32,000 bases of DNA from Candidatus Saccharimonadota bacterium (lineage in GTDB: Bacteria > Patescibacteriota > Gracilibacteria > BD1-5 > UBA6164), in contig OZ245922.1 of the NCBI GenBank assembly GCA_965229705.1, forward strand, positions 30,001-62,000, given 5' to 3'. Both the position numbers and the translations under genes were made by a program. Below are positions 19,999 through 29,206 of this stretch, piece after piece (position 1 is the stretch's first letter; every line of letters starts with the position of its first letter). Below the pieces are notes generated by a model. The model worked only from the letters and a program-made list of their open reading frames with translations, was not told where the DNA came from and did not search any database.

Positions 19999-20505
19999 CT
20001 ATTTTCCTATTTTTCTTAGGAGTGTATTCCCTTCTCGGATTTCTCCAGATCCTATGAGAGCCATGGCGAGGTCTTCGGTAATGAGGTGGTCTTCAGGAGC
20101 AAGGTTTAAGGCTCTTTTTAGGATGGTAATACCTCTTTCGTTTTGTCCAGAGAGAGTATACGCCCAACCAAGATTTCTCAGTACTTCAGCATTATTTCCA
20201 TAGTAGGTATTTGACGCTTCAAGGTATACAATAGCTTCTTCTACTTTATCATTTGATAAAAGAATAAATCCTTTGAGGTAGTTTCCTGTTGCAGATTTTG
20301 GAGCGAGAGTCAGAGCAAAGTCTATGGTAGAGAGCGCTTTTTCAAAATCTGACATATATATATAAATATCTGTGAGCTCTTCGTAGAGGCGATAATCACT
20401 GGAGTATTTTATAAGAGATTTTTGTAAAAGAGAGATGGCTTGTTTGTATTTTTTTTGAAATTTCAGTTCTTCTACTTGAAGAACAATATCTTTGATCTGA
20501 TCCAT
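19999..20505 (-). CDS. tetratricopeptide (TPR) repeat protein, 168 aa
   Basis: Intact standard ORF ending in TAG. There are repeated 34-aa A/Y/L patterns, for example AEVLRNLGWAYTLSGQNERGITILKRALNLAP. Confidence 0.85.
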   Translation of the reverse strand: MDQIKDIVLQVEELKFQKKYKQAISLLQKSLIKYSSDYRLYEELTDIYIYMSDFEKALSTIDFALTLAPKSATGNYLKGFILLSNDKVEEAIVYLEASNTYYGNNAEVLRNLGWAYTLSGQNERGITILKRALNLAPEDHLITEDLAMALIGSGEIREGNTLLRKIGK

Positions 20506-20631
20506 AAAATAACTTTCTTGTAAATATACAGGTAATATATAAAATTCAGTATGAAAAGCAACGATTTTTTTTGAGAAATCGTGAATAATATATCAAGATG
20601 CTTTATCGGTTTTTGTAATATCTCTCTGCAT

Positions 20632-21987
20632 ATGAAAAAGACAAAAATAAAAATCTGAATTGACGAAGCAGGCAGAGGTCCATGGGCTGGGCCCGTAGTT
20701 GCCTGCGCTCTTGCATGGAATCCAAATAATATGCCAAAAAATGATATATTATTGTCAGTGAAAGACTCAAAAAAACTCAGTGAAAAAAAAAGAGAAGAGC
20801 TCTATAGCTGTCTTATAAATCTTTCTTGCCCTCAATCTTCTTTGCCTGAAGATGAGGCTTGTCCAAAACTATTTTTCTGAGTATGAGTCGTGGATAACTT
20901 TTTTATAGATGAGAGAAATATTCGTCAGGCAAATAAAGAGGCAATGAGAAGAGCTATTGTAGAGATTTACTCAAAGATTCCGAAAGAGTTTTCGGAGGTG
21001 TCAGTAGTGATTGATGGGAGAGATAATTATGAGTTTTCCGAGCTTACACAAAAACCTCTCTATATTATCTGATGAGATGGGAAAGTTTCGGAGATATCTG
21101 CAGCAAGTATTATTGCAAAAGTATTTCGTGATAAACTGATGTGTCAGTACGCAACACTATATCCTCATTTTGGTTTTGATCATCATGCTGGTTATGGAAC
21201 AAAAAAACACAAAGAAGTGCTAGAGTCTCAGGGAGTAGTAGGGATTCATCGAAAGAGCTATAAGCCAGTCAAAAAAGTCGTTGAAGCAAAAGAAAAGGTG
21301 CTCGTACATATATGCTGCTGACCTGATGCAACGGTTCCTCTCATGGATCTCAAAAAAGACTATGAAGTTATTGCTTATTGGTATGATCCAAATATTCAAC
21401 CAGTTTCTGAACACGAGAAGCGTTTTGACGCCTTTGTTCGAGTGTGTGAAATAGAGGGCGTGAAGTACATTCGATGAGAGTATGATGTAAAAAACTTTTT
21501 TCATAAAATTCGTGGTTTAGAACATACTCCAGAGAGAGGAGAGAAGTGTCGAGAGTGTTATGATATGCGACTTGAAAGGACAGCGTTACTTGCCCGTGAG
21601 ATGTGAATCACAAAATGGACGAGTAGTCTCAATAATTCTCCACATAAAGATATGGAAAAGATGTTTACTCTTGGAGAAAAATGGGAGACTGTTTCTACAA
21701 AAACGCAAACTATTAGTGATAATGAGCGTTGTCAGGCTAGTAAGATATTGGGTATCTCTGTTACACAGATGCTAGATCAAGCTCAGGATCGTGAGAAAAA
21801 TCAGACGGAAACATCTCTGAAAAAACATCTTGAATTTCTCAAGATTGCTTTTCGGAAAAGTGGGGGATTTCAAAGGAGTGTTGACTATACCAACGAGCAT
21901 AATATTTATAGGCAAAACTATTGTGGCTGCGTTTATAGTGACACATTCCCTTGAAGAGAGAAAAAGAAAGTGAAAAATAAGTTCTAA
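20632..21987 (+). CDS. rnhB: fusion protein: ribonuclease HII (N-terminal) plus epoxyqueuosine reductase QueH/DUF208 (C-terminal), 451 aa
   Basis: One frame checked codon by codon: [23 protein letters not shown] (TGA at 20656-20658), ...[23 protein letters not shown]...[31 protein letters not shown]...[18 protein letters not shown]...[17 protein letters not shown].... There is no TAA or TAG between the two halves. TAA at 21985-21987. Confidence 0.85.
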
Positions 21988-22012
21988 GGAAGTTCTGAAA
22001 AACTCCTTTTTT
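21988..22012 (+). terminator. weak candidate intrinsic terminator after rnhB-queH
   Basis: In ggaagttctgaaaaactcctttttt there is an imperfect 6-7 bp stem (GGAAGTT/AACTCC) followed by T6. The stem is short and AT-rich. Confidence 0.3.
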
Positions 22013-22080
22013 CTCTCTCCTTTTGCAAAGGAGAGATGGCTCGATAGAGCCAGAGTGGATTGGAAAATTTTCGTTTTTCC

Positions 22081-22779
22081 CTATATAATTCCCTTCACTG
22101 CAGAAATATTAAAACTATAGTTCATCTTGAGTCATCAGATAATTCAGATATATCATAACTCATCGTCTATTTCAATCGTCTTCATAATAATGGTATAGTC
22201 TTTGAGATATGGAAGAATATTTTCTTCTCAGATAAAGATATTGACTCCAAGTTGAACCGGAAAAGCAGAAATAAAGTCAGAAAAATTAGGTTTATCCTCA
22301 AGCATTTTTAAGAGCATAAAAATATCATCTCAGAGTCTTTTATGGTTTCTTTGGAGAAACTGTGAAACACCTGAGTACTCAGAAATATTTTTATCAGGCA
22401 AAACAAAGAATGCTATTTCTTTGGTATTTTTTGCAAGATTATAGACAATATTATGTACAAAACCTGAGAGTTCACTCATACTTTTTGCATGAAAAGGAGT
22501 ATTTTTTTCCTCGAGAAAGTACTCTGGAGTTTGTTGCATCATATAGTTTACAAACGCTCTGAGTCACTTTGCTGTTGGCAGTCTTCACGCGGAGTTATAT
22601 GGTTGATATATGAGTTCATGATTTTCTAAAAGAGCCATATCATTTCTCACAGTTGCACTACTGACTCATAACTCATACTTTTTGAGAAGCAGTTTACTTC
22701 ATAAAACATCACCAGTTTTTATATATTCTTCGATGATAATTTTGAGTATTTCTATGTTTCTTGGTGAAAGTGTGGTCAT
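22081..22779 (-). CDS. hrcA: heat-inducible transcription repressor HrcA (short form, 232 aa)
   Basis: MTTLSPRNIEILKIIIEEYIKTGDVL-G-SKLLLKKYEL-G-VSSATVRNDMALLENHELIYQPYNSA-G-RLPTAK-G-L..., NIFI-G-EENIL, and C-terminal GYIGIIGGLKMNYSFNISAVKGII*. TAG at 22081-22083. The track start at 22890 would read through the palindromic element, so the start at 22779 fits HrcA N-termini better. Confidence 0.85.
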
Positions 22780-22813
22780 AGGGGAGTTTTTACAGAAGCC
22801 TTGAAAAAGGTAT

Positions 22814-22876
22814 TTTTGTTTTCTTGAGACCGGCCTCGAGTTACTTATTTCAACGATTTGAGGCTGGTCTCTTAGG
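22814..22876 (-). promoter_or_regulatory. double-palindrome element (degenerate copy) in the hrcA 5' region
   Basis: Reading towards hrcA: AAGAGACCAGCCTCAA-atcgttgaaataagtaa-CTCGAGGCCGGTCTCAAG-aaaacaaaaataccttttcaagg, ending about 35 nt before the hrcA ATG. It is homologous to 29130-29205 and 28607-28648. Confidence 0.6.
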
Positions 22877-22934
22877 AAAGGTTTTTTCATTTCTTAGGAC
22901 CTCCTTTAGAGTTTTGGACAATTATACGCATTTG

Positions 22935-23981
22935 CTATAGAGTGTCGAGAGATTGTATAATTTTTATGAGTTCATTTTTTGTATTCTCGGGATGAAATTT
23001 TTGCAAAACAGTTTCATAAGATACCTGCGTTTTTTCTAAGAGTTTTTTCCTGAGAGTTTCTGTCATGTTATGAACAGAAAGAGGATCAAGATATAGAGCA
23101 GTATCTCCAAATACCTCTCTGAGGACTGCGATATCATTTACAAATATCTGACTTCATTCTTGCAGAGCAGTACTCATATGAAAAGGAAAAGACTCATAAA
23201 TACTCGAATAAATCACTCCAAGAGAAGATCTATAGTAGGCAGATTTTTCATTTTCAGGGATATCTCACAAAAATATCACATATTCAGATATACCATACTC
23301 GATAACTTTTTCTCGCACTTCGAGGTCTTTACTCGTAAATTCACAGCAAATAATAATAGAGAGAGGAGTTGAGGTCTGTGTATTGATATTTTTGAGTGCT
23401 TTGAGAATCCTCTCAAAATTATTATGAATTTCGTGAGGAGCGTCATACAAGAGATATGCTCCTTGGAGATTATGCTTTGCATGAATATCTATTTTAATAA
23501 TTTGCTCAGTATGCTCATCTTTTTTTTCAGGGAAAAATCCAGGTATATGGGCTATGTTTATTTCTGGAATATTGAGTCGCTCGTTTAGTTCAAGGGCGGT
23601 TCAAGTATCAAGGGTTATTGCCTTTTGTGCGTGTTTGAGACTCCTATGAAGAGTATACATATAAAGCGAATGCTCTAACCATCAGAGTTTTGGAAAAAAT
23701 ACTTCTTTTAAGTGGGGGAGAATCATGATATACTTTCCCTTATATCAGAGTGGTACCTGATGATGAAAAAATATTACGAGATCGAAGTCGTATTTTTGGA
23801 GAATATTTTTTTCACTGATAGTTCGCAAGAAAAAGTTTTTTCATCCAGGCAGGATATCCTCAGTGAGGAGCGTAGTGTTTTGTTCTCAAAAATGCTTTTC
23901 CAGGATATATGAGAGTGTTTCTACAAATTGTTTGTAGTGAATAGATGATTCATGAGTTCGGATATCAATTCAGATGTTCAT
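22935..23981 (-). CDS. glycosyltransferase family 4 (GT-B, group 1), 348 aa
   Basis: MNI-G-IDIRTHESSIHYKQFVETL... at the N-terminus. The C-terminal half has ...YYRSSLGVIYSSIYESFPFHMSTALQE-G-SQIFVNDIAVLREVFGDTALYLDP..., the E-x7-E type GT1 motif region. TAG at 22935-22937. Confidence 0.85.
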
Positions 23982-24213
23982 AGTTGCTTTAGTAAATATT
24001 TCCTCGTTATAGTAATCATTGTGAGGCAAGAAGCGAAGTATATTTTCTGAAAATGCAAAAATAAATTTGACAAAAATATGAGGAAAGCTATGAAAAATAA
24101 AGAATTTTCCTTGATTTTTCATAACTTTCTTTGTAAAATCTAAAAAAAAATAACACTTATTTTTCTGTATGATTTTTATCTTTTTGTGTCTTTTTTCTGG
24201 ACTTATATGAGGT

Positions 24214-24519
24214 ATGGTATCCCTGTACTTTCGTATGCGCGAAATCAAAGAAGAGATTATTTTATTTCCTCGACATCTGGCTTCACAGATAGCTCTTTTT
24301 GTGATTTTTGCTCTTATTTTTAGAGAATATTTCTCACAAGTTTTTATTGATCTTGGTTTTATAAAATTGGGTTGGTTCTTGATCTACATTGTTTTTAGTA
24401 GTCTCTCATTTTATGCAGTACAGGTGTTTTATGAGTTTTTTTCTGGAAATACTTTTTTTGCAAGTGAGGAAGAAATGAAGAAGTTTATTGAAAAACTTGA
24501 AAGTGAAAACAGAGACTAA
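24214..24519 (+). CDS. small membrane protein (101 aa, two predicted TM helices)
   Basis: Intact ORF ending in TAA. Hydrophobic stretches are IALFVIFALIF and LGWFLIYIVFSSLSFYAV. ATG at 24235 is an alternative start. Confidence 0.6.
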   Translation: MVSLYFRMREIKEEIILFPRHLASQIALFVIFALIFREYFSQVFIDLGFIKLGWFLIYIVFSSLSFYAVQVFYEFFSGNTFFASEEEMKKFIEKLESENRD

Positions 24520-25579
24520 AAAAATACTTGTCTGACTCTCGTGAGGAGTAGATAGTGCAGTTGCAGCATATTTACTCAAACAAGAGGGCTATGATGTGAC
24601 GGCTGGATTTATGATAAACTATCTTGCTCCAGAAGGTCAAGACTGTCCTACTTGAGAGGATAAAGAGGTTGCAAAACAGGTAGCAGAGTTTCTTGATATT
24701 CCTTTTTTTATCTTTGATTACCGTGATGAATACCAAGAAAAAGTCTTAGGCTATATGTTTGAGGGCTATAAAAAAGGTATCACGCCAAATCCAGATATCA
24801 TGTGTAATAGTGAGATAAAATTTAAGATATTTCTTGATGAGGCGCTGAGTCTTGGTTTTGATATGATTGCTACCTGACATTATGCTCAGATAGTGAGAGA
24901 TCAGAGTGTTTATAGACTCTTAAAGTGAGCAGATACTCACAAGGATCAGTCATACTTTCTTGCGTGACTCTCCAGAGATCAGCTCTCTAGAGCTCTTTTT
25001 CCTATAGGACATATGCAAAAGTCAGATGTACGAAAATTGGCTCTTCGTATAGGTCTTCCAAATGCTCAGAGAAAAGATTCTCAGGGAATATGTTTTGTCG
25101 GAAAAGTCCGCATGGAAACATTTCTCTCCAGGAAAATTCCTCAAAAAACAGGAAAAGTTATAGATACCTCAGGAAATATCTTATGAGAACATAAGGGAGT
25201 ATATTATTATACTATTGGACAGAGAAAGGGACTCGATATCGGAGGGCAAAAAGAACCGATATTTATTCTGGAGAAAGATATTGATACCAATACTATCATC
25301 GTATGATATGGGGATGATACAGATTTGTATAAAAAAAAGCTTCGGGTAAGAAATATTCATTTTCTCTCTGTAGCTCCAGATGCTCTTCAGAAAAAAAATG
25401 GCTTATACAGGTCTACCGCGAAAATACGATATCGCCAAAAAGATCAAGATTGTGTTATAGAAAAAAAGCGAGGCTTTTATGAAGTATCTTTTGATACTCC
25501 TCAAAGAGCGATTGCTCCAGGTCAGGTAATAGCATTTTATGATGGAGATGAGTTATGGGGAAGTGGAGTTATTGTTTAG
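24503..25579 (+). CDS. mnmA: tRNA-specific 2-thiouridylase MnmA
   Basis: (GTG start) [31 protein letters not shown] (PP-loop SGGVDS), [30 protein letters not shown], and C-terminal [18 protein letters not shown]. The start codon is uncertain (GTG 24503 or TTG 24497). TAG at 25577-25579. Confidence 0.88.
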
Positions 25580-26309
25580 TAGAGGTGAGTTGTAGTATTT
25601 TTTCGACGGTGTTTGATGAAATTTTCTCCGAAATACTCTGAGAGTTTCTCTGTAAAATATCTGATAAAGCGAGGACAATATCTGCATGTTGTACCGCGGC
25701 ACAAAGCTCATCTTGGGTAATACATCACTCATTGTGAAAAAAGTTGAGTAAGTCTATGATAGCTTGTTCACTTTTTTCTTGTAATGGTTGAGATTCGTTT
25801 TTTAAGATATATATTATTGAGTCAGCAAAGACTTTGAGATAGCGAGAAGCTTCTTGTTTCATTCCCTTATGCAGAGTTGTTTGAAGTTCATGACAAAATT
25901 GAGAGTGGTATAAGCTGATAGCTCCAAGAGCAGTGGTGTCATTGGTATATGAAAAAAAACTATGGAGAGTCTGATATATGCGGACTTCAGTTTCTTTGTT
26001 GTCGAAAAATAGTCATTCAATATATAAATATGATAAGAGGAATATAAGGGCTGTTCGTGGAGGAAGAAAATATAATCTTTCGAGAAAAATGAGGTTTGGA
26101 GAATCAATAATTCCTCATGCAATGGTATTTTCTAAAATCGTAATAAATTCATAGGAACATATACCTTGTTGAAGATATATTTCCCTCTCCACTGGGTTCA
26201 TACTTGCGAGCTTCTGGCTGATATGCTTTGCTTGTTCAATAAACTTCTCAAAAAAAGAAGTATGCTCTTCTATGGAGTGTATAAAGGCTGTTCAAGAAAC
26301 TTCATTCAT
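25569..26309 (-). CDS. hypothetical alpha-helical protein (246 aa)
   Basis: I enumerated all 247 triplets of this minus frame and found no TAA or TAG, with 4 TGA. ATG at 26309. MNEVSGTAFIHSIEEHTSFFEKFIEQAKHISQKLA...LYHSQFCHELQTTLHKGMKQEASRYL.... It is absent from the track because TGA splits it. It overlaps the mnmA 3' end by 11 nt. No family recognised. Confidence 0.6.
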
Positions 26310-26378
26310 AATAAAAAAATATACTGTAATATATATTGCTTATTATATTTTTTTATTCATAAAAGTAAAGTTTATTTA

Positions 26379-27284
26379 TTACCCCCTCATCATATCTTCA
26401 TGAATACTATCAGCAGCAAGGCATCACTCGGCTGCTGACATAATTGTTTGTTTAAATTTATTTGAGTTTGTGGTGACATCTCCAGCCGCATAGAGTCATG
26501 AAATACTTGTTTCTTGGCGAGCATCAACGACGAGACATCACTCATCATCCATCTTTGGATCTAGGTGGGCTATAAGATGTGTTGAAGGATCTGATCATAT
26601 TGCAACAAAAAAACCATCTGCTTTGAGCTGTTTCCCACTTTTGAGCTGTACATACTCAAGAAACATCTCTCCTCCCACTTCTTCGACTTCTTCACGAAGA
26701 ACGAGTTCAATATTATCTCTTTGTTGTACTTGCTCTACCCAGATGTCTTCTGCTCGAAAAGTATCTCTGCGGTGAACGATATATACTTTGCGACATATCT
26801 CAGCGAGGTAGAGAGCTTCGGTAAGAGCCGTATTTCCTCATCAGACGAGAACAATATCCCGATTCTTAAAAAACATTCCATCACATGTTGCACAGTAACT
26901 GACTCATTTTCACAAAAATTCCTCTTCTCCTGGAACTCAGAGTTTTCTATAAGTGTTTCCACTTGCAAGAATCACAAACCTTGATGTGTATTCTTGTTTT
27001 GTTGTTTTGACTATAAAACCTGATGCAGTTTTCTCAATACTTCAGACGGTATCTTGGAGGATTTCACTTCCTGAAGTTTTTGCATGTTCGGCAAAGTTTT
27101 CCATGATCTCTTTTCCACTTGCGGAGAGTGTACCGGGATAATTTTCTACCTTATGGCTTGTTGCAAGTGCTCCTCATGGTTCTCGACCGATAACAAGGTT
27201 TTTGAGCTTGTATCGACTCGCGTACATTCCAGCTGGGAGTCCCGCACTTCATGAACCTACGATAATCACATCATATGATGACAT
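26379..27284 (-). CDS. trxB: thioredoxin-disulfide reductase
   Basis: MSSYDVIIVGS-G-SAGLPAGMYASR (FAD GxGxxG, with TGA on the Gly), redox-active VSYCATCDG, NADPH site VLV-GG-GNTALTEALYL, and C-terminal LYAAGDVT. 301 aa, TAA at 26379-26381. Confidence 0.92.
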
Positions 27285-27367
27285 ACTTCTTTTTTTATAA
27301 AAATAAATTTTCGCAAAGTATAGTATTTTTTATACTAAAATAAATCTTAAGTATCATATTTATTTTT

Positions 27368-28585
27368 ATGTGAATTATCGACTATAGTCATCTCTCTGAA
27401 CGAGAACTGGAGGCAATTCAGTCAAAGATAGGAAAAACAGGAGAAGAGCTCAAAGTATTTATTGCAGATATCTTGAGTCCAAAGACACCAAACTGAGCTC
27501 ACTATTCTTCTGGAGAATATGATACAGAGAGAATGCGCGAGCTTGAGAGACTGGTAACAAGTTTTTGAGGGGTTGTCATCGTAGATCATATACAAAAGCG
27601 GTCTTTTCCAGACTACAAAACATATATTGGGAGTGGAAAACTGGATGAGATTATGGGACAAATGCATTGCCAATGAGCGCAACTCCTGGTTATGTGAAAT
27701 ATTCTCAAACCTCATCAAATACATACTCTCAATAATAAACTCAAGAATATTTGAGCAGTTTGCTGGGATAGGGTAGACCTCATACTGAAAATATTTGAAA
27801 AAAATGCTCAAAGCGAAGAAGCAAAACTCCAGATATAACTCGCAGCTATCAAGCATATGTGACCTCGTATTTTTAATATGTGAATGGAGCTGGGGAAGCA
27901 GTGAGGAAAGGGATCTGGTGAAACAAATACAGAAATTATGAAGCGTCATCTTGCAAAGCGTGAACAAGAAATCAGAAAGAACCTTACAAAATATGCAAAA
28001 GTCCGAAAAAATCATCGTCAAGCAAGAAAGAAAAAGGGCTTTCTCACGGTTGGAATTGTCTGATACACAAATGCTGGAAAATCGACACTTCTCAATTTCC
28101 TCACAAATAAATGAGTATTAGCAGAGGACAAACTCTTTGCGACTTTGTGAACAAGTGTTGGGAAGATGTGGATTTCTCAATCATTACCACACTCTTCTTG
28201 ATGAGAAGAGGGAGGGGAGTATCACCGTGGAACAGAGGTTCTTTTCTCTGATACCATAGGATTTATTCGTGATCTCCCACCAGAGCTTGTTGATGCTTTT
28301 GCCAGTACGCTCGAAGACTCTATAGAGTCAGATATTTTGTTTCATGTGATTGATAGTTCTGATCCAAAAATGGATGAAAAAATACAGGTAGTAGAAGATA
28401 TATTGGAGAAGATTCATGCAACGCAAGAACGGCTCTATGTATTCAATAAAATTGATAGACTTACAAGAGAAGAGTTATGAGTTATTCGGTCGAGGTTTTC
28501 AGGTAGTGGACAAGCGCTATATATTTCTTCGGCTGACTGAGAGGGAGAAGAAGAATTGAAGGATTTTCTGAGAGGGAGAATATAA
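27368..28585 (+). pseudogene. hflX: GTPase HflX, interrupted by a single in-frame TAA (27836-27838)
   Basis: The HflX N-domain reads ...CWDRVDLILKIFEKNAQSEEAKLQI-*-LAAIKHMGPRIFNMGMELGKQGGKGSGETNTEIMKRH.... The G domain has GIV-G-YTNAGKSTLLN, DKLFATL, FSDTIGFI and FNKID. The TAA replaces the conserved Glu of the LQVELAQL motif (GAA to TAA is one substitution). Final TAA at 28583-28585. Confidence 0.8.
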
Positions 28586-28606
28586 TATATGAAGCTCTGA
28601 GAAATA

Positions 28607-28648
28607 GAAAAATCTTGTGTAAGAGACCGGTCTCGAGAAAACAAAAAG
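28607..28648 (+). repeat. single-palindrome copy of the GAGACCGGTCTC element
   Basis: gaaaaatcttgtgTAAGAGACCGGTCTCGAGaaaacaaaaag equals the reverse complement of 29130-29205 with the internal 34 bp (the spacer and the second palindrome) absent. Confidence 0.8.
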
Positions 28649-28698
28649 TCCTTTTTCAGAGTTCCCTTAACGAAGTTTTTCCGTATTTCCTTACACAT

Positions 28699-28732
28699 AA
28701 AAAAGACCAAGATTTTCTCTTAGGTCTTTTTT
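28699..28732. terminator. bidirectional intrinsic terminator candidate
   Basis: aaaaaagacc-aagattttctctta-ggtctttttt forms a 10-bp stem (6 bp GC-containing core) flanked by an A-run and a T-run, so it reads as hairpin plus U-tract on both strands. It lies between convergent hflX and the 28752-29021 gene. Confidence 0.5.
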
Positions 28733-28751
28733 ACATTTTTTTGATGTGCTT

Positions 28752-29021
28752 TTAGTCGAGGATATCCTTCATATCAGATCGAAACTGATCCATAAGATCT
28801 CTCATCTCATCGCGTAGAGCATCTCTCTCATCATCGTCGTCAGTATCCCAAAGTTGATCTCTGAGATCAGACATATCTTCTCGAAGCTCATCTCTAAGGT
28901 CTTCTATCTGAGATCTTTGATCATCACTGAGACCCCCTCCCCAAAAACCAAAAGCAGATACACTGATTGTCATGCTTGTCATAAGCATAAAAAGAGTCGT
29001 AAGAAATGCAATTTTTTTCAT
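28752..29021 (-). CDS. secreted acidic helical protein, Spy/CpxP/ZraP-like (LTxxQ-type motif), 89 aa
   Basis: MKKIAFLTTLFMLMTSMTISVSA (signal peptide) followed by FGFWGGGLSDDQRSQIEDLRDELREDMSDLRDQLWDTDDDDERDALRDEMRDLMDQFRSDMKDILD*. The track start at 29078 adds an implausible 19 aa. Confidence 0.7.
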   Translation of the reverse strand: MKKIAFLTTLFMLMTSMTISVSAFGFWGGGLSDDQRSQIEDLRDELREDMSDLRDQLWDTDDDDERDALRDEMRDLMDQFRSDMKDILD

Positions 29022-29129
29022 AATCATATAGTTAAGAAAATAAAATATTACATTGTTTGGCATTATACAAAGAAACATGAGAAATCAAAAAAAAGTTTTT
29101 GTATCTCTCAAGGAAACTCTAAGAAATTT

Positions 29130-29205
29130 CTTTTTGTTTTCTCGAGACCGGTCTCAAGTTACTTATCTCAAGGGTTTGAGACCGGTCTCTTACACAAGAT
29201 TTTTC
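29130..29205 (-). promoter_or_regulatory. double-palindrome element (best copy) upstream of the 28752-29021 gene
   Basis: Reading on the minus strand: gaaaaatcttgtgTAAGAGACCGGTCTCAAacccttgagataagtaaCTTGAGACCGGTCTCGAGaaaacaaaaag. It contains two perfect 12-bp palindromes GAGACCGGTCTC, 22 bp apart. A TTGATT-N15-TATAAT promoter-like sequence follows about 45 nt downstream. Confidence 0.65.
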
Positions 29206-29206
29206 T

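Noticed and set aside
22012-22037. The perfect hairpin ctctccttt-tgc-aaaggagag downstream of rnhB-queH and hrcA.
   Set aside because: It is not followed by a U-tract on either strand, so it cannot be called a terminator with confidence. It may just be a stabilising stem-loop. It is left unannotated.
22780-22890. The longer hrcA start (ATG 22890) suggested by the track.
   Set aside because: The extra 37 aa would be translated from the palindromic repeat element and have no counterpart in HrcA proteins. MTTLSPRNIEILK... matches the usual N-terminus.
23982-24248. An upstream extension of the glycosyltransferase (track ORF 23970-24248).
   Set aside because: The extension is Lys/Phe-rich with no homology pattern. 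MNIGIDIR... is a typical GT4 N-terminus, so this region is more likely the divergent promoter region shared with 24214-24519.
25569-25579. An 11-nt convergent overlap between mnmA and the 25569-26309 ORF.
   Set aside because: Short convergent overlaps are common in compact genomes, and nothing else is unusual here.
25859-26122. An 87-aa minus-strand track ORF (MHEELLILQTSFF...).
   Set aside because: It is out of frame with the 247-codon stop-free frame 25569-26309 on the same strand, starts with TTG right after a TAG, and has poor composition. The longer frame is preferred.
26721-28021. Plus-strand ORFs 26721-27141 and minus-strand ORF 27422-28021 (199 aa) from the track.
   Set aside because: They are antisense to trxB and hflX respectively, whose table-25 translations carry complete family motifs.
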